A stretch of 64,000 nt of DNA from Acidimicrobiia bacterium. Lineage in GTDB: Bacteria; Actinomycetota; Acidimicrobiia; Spongiisociales; ZC4RG35. How positions within the stretch are numbered: position 1 is the stretch's first letter; every line of letters starts with the position of its first letter. The notes beneath the pieces are model-generated. The model was not told the DNA's origin, searched no databases, and saw nothing but the letters and a program-made list of their open reading frames with translations. The position numbers were made by a program, and so were the translations under genes. The stretch covers positions 2,048,001-2,112,000 of the forward strand of contig OZ244034.1 in the NCBI GenBank assembly GCA_965215185.1, in the 5' to 3' direction. Shown here one piece after another: positions 59,228 to 64,000 of this stretch.

Positions 59228-59723
59228 GTGAAGCCACGGTCGCCCTTGCGTCTGATTTTTGACGAGCTACTTCCCTGGCGAGTGGCCGCCGCCCTACGCA
59301 TCCTTGGATATGACGTCAGTTGGGTGGGGCACAAAGACACCAACTCTCCTGCCCGAGGCGCCCCTGACGAAGAGGTGCTCCACTTTGCAACTAAAACCAA
59401 TAGAAAGATCGTTACTTCCAACCATGACATGATTCTTCTCTGTAATGAGCAAGAACAATCCGCGATTTGGGATTGATCCCCGAGGTAGACAACTCAAAAA
59501 GGAAGAGATGGTCGTCTTAGCCTTCCGGTCCATCACAACATGGGATGAACTCCTCGAGACAAGTTGTACTGTGTGCATCCGGGCTTTACGAACCAAAAAT
59601 GAAGTCCTCCCGCTTGAGGAGGCCGCTCGGTTGGTGAAGCAGCGCATGAGGCGTTTGAGCGCGCGGAAAAAGCGAAGTGAGACCGTTGCTAACTCCAAAG
59701 GCACGCTGTTCCCATCGGAATGA
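59228..59723 (+). pseudogene. DUF5615/PIN-like toxin split by a +1 frameshift
   Basis: LIFDELLP..VA.AL...GYD, PDEE.L, VT.NHD. An extra G at GGG 59469-59471 separates ...SAIW from IDPRGRQL... Confidence 0.75.
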
Positions 59724-59892
59724 GCCCACATGTTTGTGTCTAGTTGGGGGAAGGGAATCGCGCGATGCGTCCACTAGGTGGACTGCTTGGTAGTCACAGG
59801 CTGGTTGTGAGAGCCCAGGCTGACAGCGACGGAAGCCAAGCGGGCGAAACCTTCCCTCTAAAAGGTTTTCAGGTCCGTAGACTCACTGAATC

Positions 59893-60213
59893 GTGTTGCT
59901 TTCCACCACCTCTGAAGTCCCCGGCCACACCATCACCGGCTACAAGGGCATAGTTATCTCTCAGGTCTCGGCCGGTCGACATATCGGTAAGGATGTCTTG
60001 GCAGGCGTTCGAGACGTGTTCGGCGGTCGAAGCAAATCCCTGGAGAAGGATTTGGAGGCTTCCCGCCACCAGGCACTGTCGGAGTTGGCAGCCAAGGCAG
60101 AGCAGATTGGCGCCAACGCGGTGATAGGCATTCGGCTCGACATGGAAAATGTGGGCGGTACCATGCTGCTCTTTGTCGGCCAGGGCACCGCAGTGACCGC
60201 TACCAAGAGCTAA
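59893..60213 (+). CDS. YbjQ/UPF0145 family protein
   Basis: STT..V.G..I..Y.GIV, D..A..RD.FGGRS, A...GANAVIG.R.D, GTAV. Confidence 0.92.
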   Translation: MLLSTTSEVPGHTITGYKGIVISQVSAGRHIGKDVLAGVRDVFGGRSKSLEKDLEASRHQALSELAAKAEQIGANAVIGIRLDMENVGGTMLLFVGQGTAVTATKS

Positions 60214-60286
60214 CGCCTAAACCGATCCGCCTGCCCTGGCTTCCATGTGATGTCTTAAGCTGCCTGCGGGGTGGGGGGAACTCCGA

Positions 60287-60637
60287 CTACGAGCGGCGTA
60301 GCTGCGAAACGCAATAGGGAAAAGCGATAAGAGGAACAACCGCGAAGATCAGGGGCAGCAACCAGTCACCCTTGGTCACGCCGGTTCCGATGGCCAGGGC
60401 GAGTAACACATCCGCAACGATGTTGAGCGCTAGAAAAGCGACGGTAACCGCCACCAGTTTCTTTTGTGGAGCGGCGCGGATGACCAGGATCAATAGCAAC
60501 ACGGCTGCCACCGGGTGGACACCGACCACAACCAGCCGTTCCCACCATTGACCACCGTTCGCAAAGCTACCAACCATTCCCGTGAAAACAGAAAACAGGA
60601 CTTGGAGGGAGGCCAGGATTCGAAGTGTTTTTTTCAT
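60287..60637 (-). CDS. Hypothetical membrane protein (about 4 TM)
   Basis: 116 aa with alternating hydrophobic segments. Confidence 0.7.
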   Translation of the reverse strand: MKKTLRILASLQVLFSVFTGMVGSFANGGQWWERLVVVGVHPVAAVLLLILVIRAAPQKKLVAVTVAFLALNIVADVLLALAIGTGVTKGDWLLPLIFAVVPLIAFPYCVSQLRRS

Positions 60638-60825
60638 ACTGTTAACCCAGGTTAACCACAGATGCCCTCAACAGCAGGGACTTATCGATTTACGGCCGCG
60701 CCACTCCGTGTGGCGCCACATAAATCGGCCCGATCACTTCGCCGATCGGGTGGTGGCCGCCACAGCCCGGGCGGCTTACTCCCACCTTGCGGGCTGCTGC
60801 GACGGTTCGGACCTGGACAGGGTCT

Positions 60826-61554
60826 CTAACTCAATGCTGCGGTGGCGAAGACCACATGGAAAGGTACGCAGTAGATCACCACGGTGACTTCCTCGGGGAT
60901 TTGATAATCGGCGGGGAAATCGTAGTTTTGCGAGCCGATGTTTCCTTTCAGGGATCCGAGGTCAATGTATCCGGCCGCCTGCAAGGCATCACGGTTCGAA
61001 ATCCCATGAGCCGGAGCGACAATGACATGGAGGTCGGGACCATTGGTCACCTCGATGTCTTCCAGGCGCAGGACATGGGAACCGTCCTCCAAGCGGTATA
61101 CGGTCACCTCGCCTGATCCCTTGTGAAAGGAGTCGGCATCCATGAAGGCTCCGGTGGCTACAGCCACTGGTCCGGTGGCTTCGGGTTCTTCGCCCTGAGA
61201 TTCGGTGGCCTGGGTGGTGGTCGACTCGGTCGGCGCCATAGTGGTCTCGGTCATCTCCGTGGCGGCCTCGGTGGTCTCCTCAGCCGTCACGGTGACAGCA
61301 GACACCATCATTTCCGGCATACTCTCGTAGACCGGCGTATCAACTGCCGAGGCTTCCATCATCACTTCCTCGACCTCGGCGGCGGTCATGTCGTCGGGGA
61401 CCACCGCCATCGCCGCCCTGGGAAAGGGTTCATCAACCACTTTGTCGAAAAAGAGGGGCGAGATCAGCCACCATGTCACAGCTAGGCCGCCGAGGGCCAT
61501 GATCGCCGCTGCGACCTGCACTGATCTCCGCTTGTAGAAGGGGGGACTGTTCGT
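60826..61554 (-). CDS. DM13-domain membrane-anchored protein
   Basis: TM, Thr/Glu linker, then G.F...D..H.GSG, LRLE...TNGPDLHV, LG.LKGN.G.QNY, IYC..F...FA.A. Start is either ACG 61554 (after AGGAGG) or GTG 61521. Confidence 0.88.
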   Translation of the reverse strand, partial: TNSPPFYKRRSVQVAAAIMALGGLAVTWWLISPLFFDKVVDEPFPRAAMAVVPDDMTAAEVEEVMMEASAVDTPVYESMPEMMVSAVTVTAEETTEAATEMTETTMAPTESTTTQATESQGEEPEATGPVAVATGAFMDADSFHKGSGEVTVYRLEDGSHVLRLEDIEVTNGPDLHVIVAPAHGISNRDALQAAGYIDLGSLKGNIGSQNYDFPADYQIPEEVTVVIYCVPFHVVFATAALS

Positions 61555-61739
61555 TGTATACCTCCTTGGTCTATCCCGAATCTAGGAGGAAACCGTTTCT
61601 TGTGCTGGGAGGCTGCCGTATCGGCCTTTCTACGCCCGATTCGCGCCATGATTGATAGTGGCAAGAAGTTACCGCAAGAACCAGTTCATGACCTCGGGTA
61701 TAGAGGGCGCAAGCCTGCCAGCCAGACGCCAGCCTCCGC

Positions 61740-62075
61740 CGATCCGGAGCCTAGAGGATACGGCTCGACCGTCTCGGCAACTGTCGTCTCGGTCGTCTCC
61801 AGGATCTTCTCGGTCGCTTCCATGTTGGCGCCGGCGGCCCGGGAAAACTCGGGTTGATCGCCAAGGCTATCAATACCGACATTCTCTCATAAGCCGGAGC
61901 GGCAAACGCCGACTCCACCATCACTCCCTCGATCCCAGCGGGGATGACATCACCGGGGATCAACGCCCTGCCGAAGGGCTCGTTTACCACTCTTTCGAAA
62001 GGGAGAGCCGAAGAGAAACTGTTCGTAATACACCTCCTATGGTCTTAATCCCGAATCTAGGGGACATTTGGTTTT
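61740..62075 (-). pseudogene. Degenerate partial duplicate of the DM13 gene 5' region and its leader
   Basis: VVNEPFGRA..P.D...AGIEGVM.E aligns with VVDEPFPRA...P.DMTAAEVEEVMME. A leader of about 70 bp is duplicated (61546-61612 versus 62018-62086). Confidence 0.75.
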
Positions 62076-62078
62076 GTG

Positions 62079-62750
62079 CTAGGAGGTTTCGGTCGCCCGG
62101 GCTTCGCCTTGGGCTTCCCGGCGACTGATCCACGCCATGTTGACGGGCGCCAGATATTGACGAAAGAACTGGGCCATGTCGGCCAGAATGGACGGGCGCA
62201 ACCCGGCCAGAGCCGCTCCCCGTTTGGTAGTGCCCGACACGGTCATCAGGAGACGTTGGCCGGGAAGATGGTCATAAACACTCTTGGCGGCGGCATGGCC
62301 CTCCTGGTCGCTTCCCCCGGCCATGATGATCCGCATTGCCTTCTCCCCACCCTTCAAGTACTCCATCTCCATCTGCGGGGGCGAGATGTAAATATGAACC
62401 GGGGCGCCACTGGACGACCCCACCCTCACCGCTGCCCTGACGCTCTCCCCACAGGCAACCAAACCCAACGGACCCCAAACCTTGGCAGTCTGGGTCACCA
62501 TCGCCTTGACATCACGAAAGACCGAATCGAGATCCGGTTCGCCATCGGAAAGACCATGACCGGACAGCTCCAGACTCACCACCCGGTATCCCGCCGCCGC
62601 CAAACCCCCGGTGAGTGGTCCCCACTGGTCCAGATCCTCCCCATAGTCGTGAACGAAGATCACCGGAGGCCCAAGCGTGGGCCACTCCAGTCCTCTGAGC
62701 CTTACCCCATCTTCCCCTACTACCTCAACCGGGATTGGCGCCTGGCTCAC
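62079..62750 (-). CDS. Alpha/beta hydrolase-fold protein with degenerate active site
   Basis: DGV.LRG.EW, FVH.Y..DLD.W, L.GHG.SDG; elbow reads ACGES; GTGA overlap with oppD. Confidence 0.7.
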   Translation of the reverse strand: MSQAPIPVEVVGEDGVRLRGLEWPTLGPPVIFVHDYGEDLDQWGPLTGGLAAAGYRVVSLELSGHGLSDGEPDLDSVFRDVKAMVTQTAKVWGPLGLVACGESVRAAVRVGSSSGAPVHIYISPPQMEMEYLKGGEKAMRIIMAGGSDQEGHAAAKSVYDHLPGQRLLMTVSGTTKRGAALAGLRPSILADMAQFFRQYLAPVNMAWISRREAQGEARATETS

Positions 62751-63730
62751 GTCAAAACCAGGGGCTGGGGATTGAAACAGCGAAGGTCCCGCCTGTCGTC
62801 GGAGACCAACTCCGGGTGTTCCTCCCAGCAGCGGAGCAGCGCCTGCGGGCAACGGGGACTGAATGGACATCCGGGGGGAACGAACTGAGGCGGAGGAACC
62901 CGCCCGGGAATGGTATGCAGTGCGCCGCGTTGGTGGCGGGTTTGAGGAAGAGCTTGCAGGAGGCCTTGCGTATAGGGATGCTGTGGATCGGCGAAGAGCT
63001 GATCGACAGACGCCTGCTCCACGATTTCGCCCGAATACATGACTGCAACCCGATCCGCCACCGCCGCCACCACCCCCAAATCATGGGTGATCAGCAGCAT
63101 CGACATATCCCGACGGCGCTGCTGGCCCACCAACCGGTCGAGGATCTGAGCCTGCACGGTCACGTCCAAGGCGGTGGTCGGCTCGTCGGCGATCAGGATG
63201 TCGGGATCGAGCATGAGCGCCATGGCAATCATCACCCGCTGCCGCATCCCACCTGACAACTGGTGTGGATAATGATCCATCCGGGTCTCGGGATCCGAAA
63301 GCTCCACTTCCACCAGAGCCTGAAGAGCCATTGCCTTCGCCTCCGAGCGGGACACCGAGCGATGGCGACGAATCACCTCGGTAAGCAGGCGACCGACGGT
63401 GAACATCGGGTCCAGGGAGGTGAGAGGATCTTGAAAGATCATGGAGATGTCATCACCTCGCACCTCTCTCATCTCCCGCTCGGACAAGCTAACCAGATCT
63501 TTGTCCCGGAAATGAACCGTCCCACCGGTGATGCGGGCGGCTGGGGCGGGTATCAACCCCATCAACGACAGGGCCGTCATGGTCTTGCCACAACCCGACT
63601 CTCCCACCAGCCCCAGAATCTCGTTCGGGTAGAGGTCGAAAGATATCCCCCTCACCACTTTGAATTCGATGCCCTCGGCGCGGATCACCGTGGTGAGGTC
63701 CCGAACGGAAAGAATCGGGGTAGCCATCAC
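62747..63730 (-). CDS. Oligopeptide/dipeptide ABC transporter ATP-binding protein (OppD/DppD-like)
   Basis: [44 protein letters not shown]. Confidence 0.93.
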   Translation of the reverse strand: MMATPILSVRDLTTVIRAEGIEFKVVRGISFDLYPNEILGLVGESGCGKTMTALSLMGLIPAPAARITGGTVHFRDKDLVSLSEREMREVRGDDISMIFQDPLTSLDPMFTVGRLLTEVIRRHRSVSRSEAKAMALQALVEVELSDPETRMDHYPHQLSGGMRQRVMIAMALMLDPDILIADEPTTALDVTVQAQILDRLVGQQRRRDMSMLLITHDLGVVAAVADRVAVMYSGEIVEQASVDQLFADPQHPYTQGLLQALPQTRHQRGALHTIPGRVPPPQFVPPGCPFSPRCPQALLRCWEEHPELVSDDRRDLRCFNPQPLVLT

Positions 63731-64000
63731 ACCTTCCGAAGACGAGGATTGGCGGCTAGATAACCCAGATCGGCCAGCCAGTTGCCCAACACCACTAGGA
63801 CCACCAGCACCAACGAGAAAAACTGCGCCACTGGATAGTCACGGCGCAGCACCGCGTTAACCAGCACTTGACCCAACCCCGGCCACCCGAAGATGACTTC
63901 CACAATGAGCGCGTAGCCTACGATCTGGCCGATGCGAAGGCCGGCCAGGGAGATGATGGGGATGAGGGCGTTGCGGAACACATGCTTGCCAACCACTCTG
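63727..64000 (-). CDS. Oligopeptide ABC permease (OppB-like), 5'-truncated by window edge
   Basis: H..RNALIP, E.IF.WPGLG, RDYP, AD..Y...NPR. Confidence 0.88.
   Translation of the reverse strand, partial: RVVGKHVFRNALIPIISLAGLRIGQIVGYALIVEVIFGWPGLGQVLVNAVLRRDYPVAQFFSLVLVVLVVLGNWLADLGYLAANPRLRKV

Overview
GC-rich bacterial window, most likely actinobacterial. F420-type oxidoreductases and Cys-containing SLH repeats suggest Acidimicrobiia, possibly a host-associated lineage (inference). Most of it is catabolic or transport genes: GGT, tandem MFS, a molybdenum hydroxylase operon with psuK/psuG-like genes, a GcvT-MttB-GcvT-ADH methylated-amine operon, a CbiMQO ECF transporter, DrrAB and Opp, plus SLH surface proteins. 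Two accessory defence-like loci stand out. (1) An 8.3-kb cassette (26718-35010) is bounded by 24/25-bp terminal inverted repeats and an 8-bp TTATTAAA target duplication. It carries an intact type II Wadjet system in permuted order (jetC-A-B-D) and only a stub of an IS1595 transposase, and it splits a metabolic operon. (2) A Rad50/RloC-like zinc-hook ABC ATPase with a C-terminal HEPN-like domain overlaps a standalone HEPN-like gene and is followed by a DUF433/PIN toxin-antitoxin pair. Both ATPase genes are preceded by a similar TGTYAC-N10-TAnnnT promoter-like motif. Several pseudogene relics (ISL3, Fur-family regulator, PIN toxin, aminotransferase, SDR, DM13 copy) point to ongoing erosion. No rRNA, tRNA or CRISPR array was seen. 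All calls come from reading motifs by eye; no database searches were run.
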